64,000 nucleotides of DNA from an uncultured Chloroflexia bacterium (GTDB lineage Bacteria > Chloroflexota > Limnocylindria > Limnocylindrales > CSP1-4), in NCBI GenBank assembly GCA_963748625.1, contig CAVVJT010000010.1, positions 1,152,001 through 1,216,000 on the forward strand, given 5' to 3'. This document shows, piece after piece, positions 47,390 through 56,588 of the stretch. The translations under genes were made by a program, and so were the position numbers. The notes under the pieces are model-generated. The model had not been told where the DNA came from, did not search any database, and saw nothing but the letters and a program-made list of their open reading frames with translations. Each line of letters begins with the position of its first letter. Position 1 is the first letter of the stretch.

Positions 47390-47497
47390 CGTCCTGCTCC
47401 CTCTGGGGTACGGCGACGCGGGCAGGCCGCCGCCACCGATGGTACGTCCGCCCCAAGGTCGACGGGTCGGGGTGCAGCGTGCCTCCGGCCCGAGGCG

Positions 47498-48745
47498 TCA
47501 GTCGGCGTCGAGCGGCTCGAGCAGCCGACGGGCGACGCTGGTCCAGCTCCACTGGTCCACCACGGCCCGCCGCGCCGCCGCACGGATCGCCGCCCGGTCG
47601 ACCGGGCCGAGCGCGAGGAGCTCCGCGAGCTTCACTCGCAGATCACCGGCATCGCCAGGATTGAAGGCGGCGAGATGGCGTAGCTCGCCGGGATACTCCT
47701 CCGCGAGCCCGGCGGCGATCTCTGCAAGCCCGGAGTGGCGCGCGACCAGCGGCGGGCATCCGGTGGCGGCGGCTTCGGCAGCGACCATGCCGAACGCCTC
47801 GGGGAAGATCGACGGGACGACGCACGTGTCGGCCAGGGCCAGCAGGTGCACCAGGTGCCGGTGCTCGAGCGGGCCGGTGAACAGGACGTCCGGGCCCGCC
47901 ATCCGTTCCAGCTCACCCCGCTCCTCACCGAACCCGACGATGAGCGCGCGCGCGTCGAGGCCCTCGAGCGCCTCGAGAAGCACGTGCACGCCCTTGTTGC
48001 GGATGAGCTTCCCGAAGTAGACGACCGTCGGCCGGTCACCGGATAGGAACCGCTCGAGCCGCTCGGCATTCCGCTCGTCGGGCAGCCGCTCCTCGACGTT
48101 GGCCGGGTTCGGCGGGTCGCGTCGCGCTTCGGCCAGCAGGGCCGCGAGCGCCGCCGACCGCTCCTGGGGCCTCCAGGCGTCGATGTCGACCCCAGGCGGG
48201 ACCTCGTGGATGTGATCGACGTGACCGCACACGTCCTCGAGGACGCGGCGCACGTGGGCGGAGCCGACGAAGGTCGCGGCGGCCTCCTGGAGGCAGTCGC
48301 GCCCCCATGCCGTCAGGGCCGGGTTGCCCCGCATCGAGTACTCCAGCTCCGACCCGTGCGCCTTCACCGCGAAGCGGGCACCGCTGGCCACCCCGACAGG
48401 CCCCCCGAGGAGGACGTGGTTGCAGAAGACGAGGTCGGCCGGAAGGTGCTCACGGAGGGCCACGGCATTCGCCTCGACCCATCGCTCGAGCTCGTCGGCC
48501 AGGCAGTCCTGCACGAGCTTGACCTCGTACCCGTCGTACCGGTCAAGCACGAACACCGGCAGCAGTCCCCCGACGTCGGGCCGGACAACCCGTGCGCCGC
48601 CGAGGTCGTACGCGCCGGGTCCCGGGTCCTGGCAGAACACGGTGACGTCATGTCCTGCCCGCGTCCATGCCCTGGCCAGCTGGCGCGTGTAGACGTTCGA
48701 GCCGGTGCCTCCGAGCAGGTAGCCGTGCCAGAGCAGGATTCGCAC
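47498..48745 (-). CDS. Glycosyltransferase family 4
   Basis: GTGSNVY, AHGS, VPPGVD, FGKLIRNKG and PSIFPEAFGMVAAEAAATG. Confidence 0.9.
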   Translation of the reverse strand: MRILLWHGYLLGGTGSNVYTRQLARAWTRAGHDVTVFCQDPGPGAYDLGGARVVRPDVGGLLPVFVLDRYDGYEVKLVQDCLADELERWVEANAVALREHLPADLVFCNHVLLGGPVGVASGARFAVKAHGSELEYSMRGNPALTAWGRDCLQEAAATFVGSAHVRRVLEDVCGHVDHIHEVPPGVDIDAWRPQERSAALAALLAEARRDPPNPANVEERLPDERNAERLERFLSGDRPTVVYFGKLIRNKGVHVLLEALEGLDARALIVGFGEERGELERMAGPDVLFTGPLEHRHLVHLLALADTCVVPSIFPEAFGMVAAEAAATGCPPLVARHSGLAEIAAGLAEEYPGELRHLAAFNPGDAGDLRVKLAELLALGPVDRAAIRAAARRAVVDQWSWTSVARRLLEPLDAD

Positions 48746-48807
48746 CTGTGCATCGTGCCTGAACGACGCCGGCAGGGACCGCCTCCCGCGCGCCTCCAGG
48801 CTCCTCG

Positions 48808-49254
48808 TCAGCCTGCAGGGCCGACCGCGATGGACACCACCAGTGCTGCCACGAACCCGCCGACGAAGCAGGTAATCATGACGCCGAGCGTTCTCGAGTA
48901 CCCCTTCGGCGTGATCTGGTTGGCCCGGTCGAGCCGGACGATTGCCGGGAAGAGGCGCCAGAAGAACGACAGGATCGAGAGGATCAGGGCGACGACCGCC
49001 CATGTCTTCGTGGTCTGGCTGCCTGTGACGAGAATCACCAAGAGAAGCGCCACGAAGATGAGCTTGGTGCCTGCGACCCAGTTGACGAGGTAGCGGACGA
49101 GCTCGTGCGTCTCAGGGTCCGCCTCCGACTTCCCGTAGGCGTTGAACACGCCCAGCCCGTTGCCGAGCCGCGAGCCGGGGCGGAAGTAGAGGATGCCGAT
49201 GTTGAGCGACTCGATGACGACGAAGACGATGATCGCGGCAGCAAGGATGTCCAT
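48808..49254 (-). CDS. Four-TM membrane protein
   Basis: Hydrophobic helices and AGGAG RBS. Confidence 0.7.
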   Translation of the reverse strand: MDILAAAIIVFVVIESLNIGILYFRPGSRLGNGLGVFNAYGKSEADPETHELVRYLVNWVAGTKLIFVALLLVILVTGSQTTKTWAVVALILSILSFFWRLFPAIVRLDRANQITPKGYSRTLGVMITCFVGGFVAALVVSIAVGPAG

Positions 49255-49307
49255 CGCGTACTCCTGGTGTGTCCGACGAGTATGCGGCGGCCCCTGATGA
49301 GGTCGTT

Positions 49308-49385
49308 CGGCACGCCGGGTGCGCCGGTCGGCCCGGCGCGGTGCCCCGGTCGGCCCGGCAGGGTGCGCCGGTCGGCCCTACCGGG
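49308..49385. repeat. ~20-bp tandem repeat x3
   Basis: GGTGCSCCGGTCGGCCC core repeated three times. Confidence 0.7.
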
Positions 49386-49460
49386 TTATCCCGCCTTTTG
49401 GGGCATGATCTGGCGACCACCACGGTGCACGGCCGATGCGTCCTCCGCTGCAGCATCCAT

Positions 49461-49495
49461 CACGCCCACGCCCACGCCCACGCCCACGCCCACGC
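49461..49495. repeat. CACGCC hexamer microsatellite upstream of an RBS
   Basis: (CACGCC)x5 directly before GGAGG. Confidence 0.8.
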
Positions 49496-49507
49496 TCGGA
49501 GGACCCG

Positions 49508-49909
49508 TTGCCCGCGCTCGTCGTCGCACTCCTCCTGGTCGCCCATGGCCTGATCCACGTCTCGTTCCTGAGCCCGGCACCCCCGGCGAAGGCCGGCGGA
49601 CCCCAGTGGCCGTTCGACCTCACCCGGTCCCGTCTGCTTGCGACGCTCGGGCTCGGCTCCGGCGCGGCACGCGCGATCGGCACCGCGCTGATCGTCGTCA
49701 CCGTCGCGGGGTACGTCATCGCAGCTCTCGCCTTCGTCGGGATCACACCGGCTACGTGGTTCACGGGAGCGGTGGTCGCGGGATCAGCGGCCTCGATCGT
49801 GTTGCTCGTCCTGTTCTTCCACCCCTGGCTGGTGCTCGGACTCGTCATCGACGCGGTGCTGTTGTGGGCTGTGCTCCTGAACGGCTGGACACCGACGAGT
49901 GCGGGCTGA
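49508..49909 (+). CDS. Membrane protein
   Basis: GGAGG followed by TTG start, AHGLIH motif, about 4 TM helices. Confidence 0.7.
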   Translation: MPALVVALLLVAHGLIHVSFLSPAPPAKAGGPQWPFDLTRSRLLATLGLGSGAARAIGTALIVVTVAGYVIAALAFVGITPATWFTGAVVAGSAASIVLLVLFFHPWLVLGLVIDAVLLWAVLLNGWTPTSAG

Positions 49910-49934
49910 GCCGTGCATGCCGGCTGCGTTGGGC

Positions 49935-50384
49935 ATGCCTGCTGAACCCGTCGCACCGTCCTGGTCCCGGCTTGGCGCCAGGGCGCGCGCGTGGCGGCTC
50001 GTCCATGCCGCCTGGTCGGTGGCCCAGCTCGCGTGCCTGGGCCTGATCTGGGCGCGGGTCGTCCAGCGGAGGCGAGACCCGGCCACGTGGGCAGCCGTGG
50101 TCTTCCTCGCCGCCGAGGGCAGCGGGCTGATCCTCGGGCGGGGCGACTGCCCGATGGGCCGCGTCCAGGAGTCATGGGGCGACCCGGTCCCCTTCTTCGA
50201 GCTGCTCCTGCCGCCTCGTGCTGCCAAGGCCGCCGTCCCGTCGCTCGCCGCGGTGGCCGTCGCCGGGATCGCCGGCCTCGTCCTGCGCGCACCGGGACCG
50301 GTGCGACAGTTTCCGGGACCAGTGCCCCGAATCACGTCGCCTGATCGGATCAGGAGCCGGGAGCTGTCCGCGGCTCCAGGATGA
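49935..50384 (+). CDS. Membrane protein
   Basis: LVHAAW, GRGDCPM..Q..WGDPVPFFEL and TM helices. Confidence 0.55.
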   Translation: MPAEPVAPSWSRLGARARAWRLVHAAWSVAQLACLGLIWARVVQRRRDPATWAAVVFLAAEGSGLILGRGDCPMGRVQESWGDPVPFFELLLPPRAAKAAVPSLAAVAVAGIAGLVLRAPGPVRQFPGPVPRITSPDRIRSRELSAAPG

Positions 50385-50855
50385 CGACGGCGGTCTCGCC
50401 GGACCTGCGGGCCGCGTAGGCGTCGAGGTTCCCGGACGTGTCCCAGCGGGCCCAGAGCGTCGGGCGCTCATCTGGGGTGGCAGCGCGGCCGCGCACGAGA
50501 CGGGGCCCATCCGCCAGCTCGACGACGGCGTCGGGCTGGGCCTGCAGGTTGAGCCACCAGGCCGGTTCCCCTTCGCCCCAGCCGTTCATGGCGAGGGTCA
50601 CCAGGTTCGGGCCGTCCTCGATGTAGCCCAGGATTGCGAGCCGCTCCGCCCCGGTGCGCCGGCCGACGGTGCGGAGGCGCAGCATCCCCCACTGCTCGGG
50701 GGTGGCGGGCCGGTAGCCGAGGCGGCCCCTCGTGACGCTGACGAGGGCGCGGTGGGCCACCCAGGCGGTGCGCACGACCCAGCGAGGTGGCACGGAGGCA
50801 TCGGCGGCGGCGGAGTCGGCTTGCGGCTGCGCGGGGTGGTCGGGTTCGTTGTCAT
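50350..50855 (-). CDS. Deazaflavin-dependent nitroreductase family (Ddn-like); possible frameshift near 50795
   Basis: LRTVGRRTG, EPAWWLNLQAQP and RETAVV-like C-terminus. Confidence 0.8.
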
Positions 50856-51082
50856 CGTGTTGCCTCCTGGTCGTCCGGGAACTGGAAGACCTCGTCGAGC
50901 GGCACGCGGAACACGCGCGCGATCCGGAAGGCCATCTCCAGCGTCGGCGAGTACCGGCCCTGCTCGATGGCGATGATGGTCTGGCGGGTCACCCCCACCC
51001 GCTCCGCGAGCTCCGCCTGCGTCATCTCACCTGTCGCGAACCGCAGCACACGGATGGAGTTGGTGACGCTCGTCGGCTTCAC
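50852..51082 (-). CDS. XRE/Cro-family HTH regulator
   Basis: MTQAELAERVGVTRQTIIAIEQGRYSPTLEMAFRIARVF. Confidence 0.92.
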   Translation of the reverse strand: MKPTSVTNSIRVLRFATGEMTQAELAERVGVTRQTIIAIEQGRYSPTLEMAFRIARVFRVPLDEVFQFPDDQEATR

Positions 51083-51507
51083 CACGGCTGGAATGTCCCG
51101 CGGTAGGCGGCGATCTTCGCGATGGCACTGGTCAGCGACGCGGCCATGCCCCCGATGAAGAGGGCGTTCGCGATCCAGAAGTAGGGCGCCTCGACCATTG
51201 CGAGCACCAGGGCCACGCAGGCGCCTGCGACGATCAGCCAGCTGCCGATCCACACGCCGTACTGGTTGATCTGCTGGTCGCGCAGGTCGCCCTGCTCGGC
51301 TTCGGCGGGGTTCGAGATGGCGGCCACGATGTTGCCCAGGACGTTCGCGACGATGAAGCCGACGATGGCGAAGATCATCGGTGGGACCCAGGTGATCTCG
51401 GTCACGGGTTCGCTGGTGAGCTGTGGCAGCACGAGCACCGCGTAGATGAGCAGGACCGGCACGGCGACGACCAGCACCACCCAGCTGCTCTTCTCGTGAA
51501 AGGCCAT
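51079..51507 (-). CDS. DUF2178-like membrane protein
   Basis: MAFHEK..W and DLRDQQI, 4 TM helices, translationally coupled to the XRE gene. Confidence 0.7.
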   Translation of the reverse strand: MAFHEKSSWVVLVVAVPVLLIYAVLVLPQLTSEPVTEITWVPPMIFAIVGFIVANVLGNIVAAISNPAEAEQGDLRDQQINQYGVWIGSWLIVAGACVALVLAMVEAPYFWIANALFIGGMAASLTSAIAKIAAYRGTFQPW

Positions 51508-51520
51508 CCCGCGTCTCCTG

Positions 51521-51585
51521 ATGTCAACGTTTGCTGACATCCGACTGTAAAGCGCTCTCGACATCATGTCAAGCGTATTTTACAT
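51521..51585 (-). promoter_or_regulatory. Sigma70 promoter overlapped by three palindromic operators
   Basis: TTGACA (51572-51567), N17, TACAGT (51549-51544). TGTMA-N8-YKACA palindromes at 51521, 51545 and 51566. Confidence 0.75.
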
Positions 51586-51621
51586 CTTGGAGGTCAGCCA
51601 GGAGCGTCGGGGCGAGCGGAC

Positions 51622-52716
51622 CTAGTGAACTGCCCCCGGTCGGTGCGCGTGGGAGCGTCCGTGACGTCGACCCGCCTCCAGGAAGGCCGCCACGTTCGCC
51701 CACGGCACATCAGGCTCGTCGACGTCGTAGGCGGGGCAGAGCACCAGCCCGGCCCGGCCGAGCGTGCGAAGACGTGTCCGGACCTCCGCGCGGATGTCGT
51801 CCGGGGACCCGTACGAGAACAGGGTCTGGCTGCCGACCGTGCCCCAGAGCGCCAAGCGCCGGCCGTAGCGGCGACGGATACGGACCGCGTCCATGTGCTC
51901 GGGCTGGACCGGATTGACGGCGGCCACCCCGATCTCCACCAGGTCGTCGAGGATCGGCTCGATGTGGCCGTCGCTGTGGTAGAGGACGCGGATGTCGGGC
52001 TTGACGGCACGGGCGGCGGCGATGATGCCCTCCAGCCTTGGCCGGAAGAACTCCCGCCAGGTCGCAGGCCCGATCAGCATCGTCCCGGGCATCCCCACGT
52101 CGTCGTCAAGCGAGAGGACATCGACGCCGGCGGTGGCGATCGTGGCGGCGTTGCGGCGCGCAAGCTCGGCGAGCCGGTCAAGCAGGAAGTGCGCCATGTC
52201 CTTGCGCTCGAGGAGGTCGACCAGAAACGCCTCGAGCCCGCGGAGCCGCCACGCGGCCTCGAACAGCTCGCCGCCCAAGTGCGGGGTGTTGCCGCCCGCC
52301 GCCAGCCCGGCCCGGTGGACGGCTGCAACGGCATCGGCAAGCTCAGCCACCACGCGGGGCCCGTCGAGGCGCGGGAAGGGGAACCGCTCGAGATCCTCAA
52401 GGGTGGTCGCCGCCTCGAGCGGATTGCCGTGGACGGGGTCCTCGGAGCGGTAGCCCCACAGTGCGTAGCGGGCGGCCTGCGAAGGGCTGCCGATCCGCGT
52501 GTTGCCGTCGTATGGCGTCGCCCGGCGACGCAGCTCGGCCTCCTCCGGCGAGATCGGGAACGGGACGAAGGCGACGTCCACCGCGTCGTCCCGCCACTCC
52601 CCGGACGGGGCAATCGCGGCGCCGTCGAGGGCGTAGAAGGCGAGGGCGAGCGGCACCCGGTCCGGCTCCTCCCCGTCGAGGGCGGCCAGGACGCGCTCGC
52701 GGCCGGTCATCGTCAC
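51622..52716 (-). CDS. Uroporphyrinogen decarboxylase/MtaA family protein
   Basis: MTGRERVLAAL..EEPDRVP, AWRLRGLE, DDDVG, YHSDG, NPVQPE and VPWANV. Confidence 0.88.
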   Translation of the reverse strand: MTMTGRERVLAALDGEEPDRVPLALAFYALDGAAIAPSGEWRDDAVDVAFVPFPISPEEAELRRRATPYDGNTRIGSPSQAARYALWGYRSEDPVHGNPLEAATTLEDLERFPFPRLDGPRVVAELADAVAAVHRAGLAAGGNTPHLGGELFEAAWRLRGLEAFLVDLLERKDMAHFLLDRLAELARRNAATIATAGVDVLSLDDDVGMPGTMLIGPATWREFFRPRLEGIIAAARAVKPDIRVLYHSDGHIEPILDDLVEIGVAAVNPVQPEHMDAVRIRRRYGRRLALWGTVGSQTLFSYGSPDDIRAEVRTRLRTLGRAGLVLCPAYDVDEPDVPWANVAAFLEAGRRHGRSHAHRPGAVH

Positions 52717-53055
52717 GGCGCGAGCATGGGGGTACCGCGGCGGGGCGCCCAGAGCCGAACGGCCATCCGGTGTGCGGTGATCCCGACCCGCGGAGGGGGC
52801 GCTTGCCAGGCGCCTCGGGGCACCGCGCGCCACTCGCCCTGACTCTGTACGGAGTCACCAGCGGCCACCATCCGCACGGCCCGTGCATTCAATCCGACTT
52901 CGCGGAACGAGCCCCGCGTGGAACTCCTCCAACTGACTCCCAGCCGAGTCAGCACCCGGGGCGACACGCCGGCGCAGGAAACTCCTGGCGCTGCCGCAGT
53001 GCCCTGTTCGGGACGCGCAATCCGCGTGCAGACACGATGCGCTAGCGTGGACGCC

Positions 53056-54606
53056 ATGCGACCTCACCTCCGTGTGCTCTCCGACGACCTCATCGGCCAG
53101 ATCCTCGAAGAGGCCAAACGCGTGCTGGCCGAGACCGGCTTCGAGATCCGCAGCGCGGAGATGCGGCGCCGGCTCACCGACGCCGGCCTGCCTGCCACCA
53201 GGGATGGCCGGATCCTGTTCCCGCGCGACATCGTGGAGAAGGCGATCGCCTCGGCCCCGTCGTCCTTCGTCCTCTACGATCGGGACGGCAACCCGAGGGC
53301 CGACATCGGCGGTGACCGGGTTCATTTCGTGCCGGGTTCGTCCGGCCTCAAGTGCCACGACCACCGCACGGGCGAGGTCCGCCTGGCCAACTCCACCGAC
53401 TTCGTCGAGTACGTCCGCCTGGGCGACGGCCTCGACAACCTGGCCTATCTCGCGACCGCCTTCTCCACCAACGACGACATCGAGCCCGGCGTGTCCGACG
53501 CCTGGCGCCTCTATCTCGCGCTCACCAACTCGAAGAAGCCGATCGTGTCGGGCGCGTTCACCGAGCACGGGACGCCGCGCATGGTGGAGCTGATGCAGCT
53601 GTTCCGCGCCGACGCCGCGGACCTGCGCGCCCGCCCGATGTCGATCTTCACGATCACGGCCACCGGCAACTTCCGGTACAGCGAGGACAGCTGCCAGAAC
53701 CTGATCGACTGCGTCGAGGCCGGCATCCCGGTGGAGATCGTGCCGGTGACGCTGATGGGCCTGGTCGCGCCGGTGACCACGGTGGGCGCGACGGTCTTCC
53801 ACACCGTGGACGTGCTGGCCGGGATCACGATGGCCCAGGTGATCCGCCCCGGTGCCCCGGTCCTGTTCGGCGGCGCACCGGCCACGTTCCACATGAAGGC
53901 CGCCACGTCACCGATGGCCGCCATCGAGGCCTTCCAGCTCGATGCCGCGTACACGGAGGTCGCGAAGGCCCTCGGGCTGCCCGCCCAGTCGTACATGGCG
54001 ATCTCGGACGGGCCGCTGCTCGATGCCCAGGCGGGCGCCGAGACGTTCGGGTCCGCACTGATCGCGGCGCTGGCCGGGGTCAACTCGGTGTCCGGGCCCG
54101 GGATGCTGGACTTCCTGCTGGTGTTCTCGCTGCCCAAGCTCGTGTTCGACGACGAGATGTGCGGCCAGGCGCTGCGGTTCGTGCGCGAGATCCGGGTCCA
54201 GGACGACCTGCCGGTGTCGGCACTGGTGGACCGGCTGATGACCGACCAGCACCTGATCATGGCCGACCACACCACCGCCCACTGGCCCGCGGAGCTCCAC
54301 CTGCCCTCGCCGGTCATCACGCGCGACAACCGCGAGAACTGGATGAAGGCGGGCGGCGAAGGACACCTACCAGCGCGCCTGCGACGAGGTGGACCGACGT
54401 CTTGCCGGGTACCGCCAGGTGGAGACGGATCTCTTCGTCGTCGCCGAGATGCAGCGGATCATCCGCTCGGGCCTGGTGGCCCAGACGGAGCTGCCGCTGG
54501 TGCCGCCGGCGCGCCGGAGCCCGTGGACCTGCCGATCGGCGGGGGCGCTCCTGGCGAGGGGGCGGCGCGCGGCCGGCGGGTGAACGCGCGGCGCCAGCAC
54601 GGGTAG
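53056..54606 (+). CDS. Trimethylamine methyltransferase (MttB) superfamily protein, non-pyrrolysine (frameshifts ~54360 and ~54510)
   Basis: [47 protein letters not shown] and [17 protein letters not shown]. Confidence 0.88.
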   Translation: MRPHLRVLSDDLIGQILEEAKRVLAETGFEIRSAEMRRRLTDAGLPATRDGRILFPRDIVEKAIASAPSSFVLYDRDGNPRADIGGDRVHFVPGSSGLKCHDHRTGEVRLANSTDFVEYVRLGDGLDNLAYLATAFSTNDDIEPGVSDAWRLYLALTNSKKPIVSGAFTEHGTPRMVELMQLFRADAADLRARPMSIFTITATGNFRYSEDSCQNLIDCVEAGIPVEIVPVTLMGLVAPVTTVGATVFHTVDVLAGITMAQVIRPGAPVLFGGAPATFHMKAATSPMAAIEAFQLDAAYTEVAKALGLPAQSYMAISDGPLLDAQAGAETFGSALIAALAGVNSVSGPGMLDFLLVFSLPKLVFDDEMCGQALRFVREIRVQDDLPVSALVDRLMTDQHLIMADHTTAHWPAELHLPSPVITRDNRENWMKAGGEGHLPARLRRGGPTSCRVPPGGDGSLRRRRDAADHPLGPGGPDGAAAGAAGAPEPVDLPIGGGAPGEGAARGRRVNARRQHG

Positions 54607-54654
54607 GGTTCGCGGGCCGGCCGCCGAGGGACGGGCACCGGGTGTTGCGTGGCA

Positions 54655-54784
54655 GTCAACGAGAACCCGCAGCGACGGGCTCCCGACGTCCGATCCGGGG
54701 TCGCTTGCAGGCGACTGCTGACTCAGACGCAACGAAGGACCTGCTCGGGGCGCCGTAGGTCGCCGTTTGCGGGGTTTCGTTGAC
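54655..54784. repeat. ~130-bp MITE/REPIN-like element, copy 2
   Basis: IR GTCAACGAGAACCCGCA / TGCGGGGTTTCGTTGAC. The reverse complement aligns with 10034-10162. Confidence 0.65.
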
Positions 54785-54844
54785 GTGGAGTCGGAGGGGC
54801 GGCGTCTCGGCCCGGCCGGGTGCCGCAACCCGCCCGGACGACGC

Positions 54845-55903
54845 TCAGCCCTTCGTGGCCAGCGCGGCGCGCACCATCAGCTGGTACGGCATCGAGCGGT
54901 GCTTGGCCTGGTTGACCGTGCCCACGACCGTCAGGCCGAGATCCGCCGCACGGAACATGACCGTCCCTGATGCCCCCGAGTGCCCGACGAACGGAGGCAC
55001 CGCCCGGAACCCCGTGAGCACCCGCGGCATCGAGAAGCGCATGATCCCCGTCCCGTACTGGAGCGGGAAGAAGATCCGGTGCCAGTCCAGCGCCATCTCC
55101 GCGAGGAGCGCCGCCGGGAACAGGCGCCCGCCGAAGAACGCGTCGAGGAACGCGAGTCCGTCGTCCAGCGTGCTCACGACACCCCCGTCGGCCTGCACCG
55201 AGGCCATCGCGAGCGGGATCCGCAGCGGCACCTCACCCCAGCGCATCGCCGCGATGCCGTCGAACCCGGCAACATTGCCCGGCCCGAAGACGTACGTCCG
55301 CGCCATCCCCAGCGGCTCCGTGATCCGTGCCGCAACGGCGTCCCTGAACGACCTCCCGTCGACCCGTTCGATCAGCGCGCCCAGCAGTTGGAAGCCCGTG
55401 TCGGAGTACAGGCCCTTGCCGGGCGTGCCCGGCTTCATCGCCCTCGTCCAGGCGATCACATCGCCCACGGTCCAGGCGAAGTCGCCCGCGATCGCGCGCT
55501 CGATCGTCGTCGGCCCGTCGGGCCGCTTGCCCTCGAAGTAGTCGGCGAGGCCGGAGGTGTGGGCCATCACCTCGCGCACGGTCATCACGCCGGAGCGGTC
55601 CGCGCCGTTGACCACGAGGATCCCGGCCAGGTCAAGGTCGGGCAGGTAGGACGCGATCGGGGCGTCCCAGGCCAGCCGTCCCTCGACCCGCAGCTGGGCC
55701 AGGATGGCCGTGACATACAGCTTGGTGGCGCTGGCGATGAAGAACTGCCGGATCGGATCGCCGTACACGAGATCGATGCGGCCGTCGTCCGAGCGCATCC
55801 GCCACAGGACCTCGCCCGACTTCGGGTCCTCGTCCACCTTGCGGATGAGCGCCTCGAGGGCAGCCGATGCCGATGCCGATGCCGACCCCGATGCGGCGGC
55901 CAT
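54845..55903 (-). CDS. Serine hydrolase, beta-lactamase/AmpC-like family
   Basis: FIASATK (SxxK), HTSGL, YSD and GHSG. Confidence 0.9.
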   Translation of the reverse strand: MAAASGSASASASAALEALIRKVDEDPKSGEVLWRMRSDDGRIDLVYGDPIRQFFIASATKLYVTAILAQLRVEGRLAWDAPIASYLPDLDLAGILVVNGADRSGVMTVREVMAHTSGLADYFEGKRPDGPTTIERAIAGDFAWTVGDVIAWTRAMKPGTPGKGLYSDTGFQLLGALIERVDGRSFRDAVAARITEPLGMARTYVFGPGNVAGFDGIAAMRWGEVPLRIPLAMASVQADGGVVSTLDDGLAFLDAFFGGRLFPAALLAEMALDWHRIFFPLQYGTGIMRFSMPRVLTGFRAVPPFVGHSGASGTVMFRAADLGLTVVGTVNQAKHRSMPYQLMVRAALATKG

Positions 55904-56577
55904 CAGAGCACCCCCAGGCCGTTGAGCCCCTTGAGCAGGAACCAGGCCCCGAACACGAGGCTCACCCCGGCCAGCAGCGGGCGACTGTAGCGCTTGAGCA
56001 TGCCCGAGAACCCGTCCAGCATCGCCTCGGCGCGGTCCGGCGCCAGGAAGGCGAGCGCAAGCATGGCGAGCTGCAGGCCATGGGCGAGCAGGACGAACAC
56101 GAGGAAGGTCGCGGCTGAGGCGGCCGATCCCATCTCCGCCCCGGCAATGGCCGCGATCGCCCCCAGCGTGAAGACCCAGTGCTTCACGCCGATCGCGAGC
56201 ACGACCATGCCCAGCAGGAACGCGCGTGCCGGCCGGATCCCGTCGAGCTTCGTCAGCCAGCGGGGCGGCGGCGCGTCGTCATCGGGAGCGTCGAGCGCCT
56301 TGCGTGCCCCCGACACCAGGAACACGATCGCCAGCACGATGAGCCCGCCGGAGATCACGGGTCCGGGCTCCCCGCCCACGGCCGCCAGCCCGGCGAAGAG
56401 CACCCCGAACAGCACCCCCTGGGCGAGGCGCACGGTCATCATCCCCGCGACCCATGCCACGGTGACGATGCGCCCGCCCGGCGAGCGGAGGAGCAGGGCC
56501 GTGACGACGAGCGGGATGGGGACGAGGGCCGTCCCGATGACGAGCGGGATGAGCGTGGTGACGAGGTCGAGGTCCAC
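55903..56577 (-). CDS. GAP family (Sap/Gap-like) membrane protein
   Basis: About 6 TM helices, ALVPIPLVV and DAPPPRWL. Confidence 0.75.
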   Translation of the reverse strand: MDLDLVTTLIPLVIGTALVPIPLVVTALLLRSPGGRIVTVAWVAGMMTVRLAQGVLFGVLFAGLAAVGGEPGPVISGGLIVLAIVFLVSGARKALDAPDDDAPPPRWLTKLDGIRPARAFLLGMVVLAIGVKHWVFTLGAIAAIAGAEMGSAASAATFLVFVLLAHGLQLAMLALAFLAPDRAEAMLDGFSGMLKRYSRPLLAGVSLVFGAWFLLKGLNGLGVL

Positions 56578-56588
56578 GGGCGCGATCG

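Noticed and set aside
53056-54606. Pyrrolysine recoding in MttB
   Set aside because: No in-frame TAG. The C-terminal break is an indel, not an amber codon.
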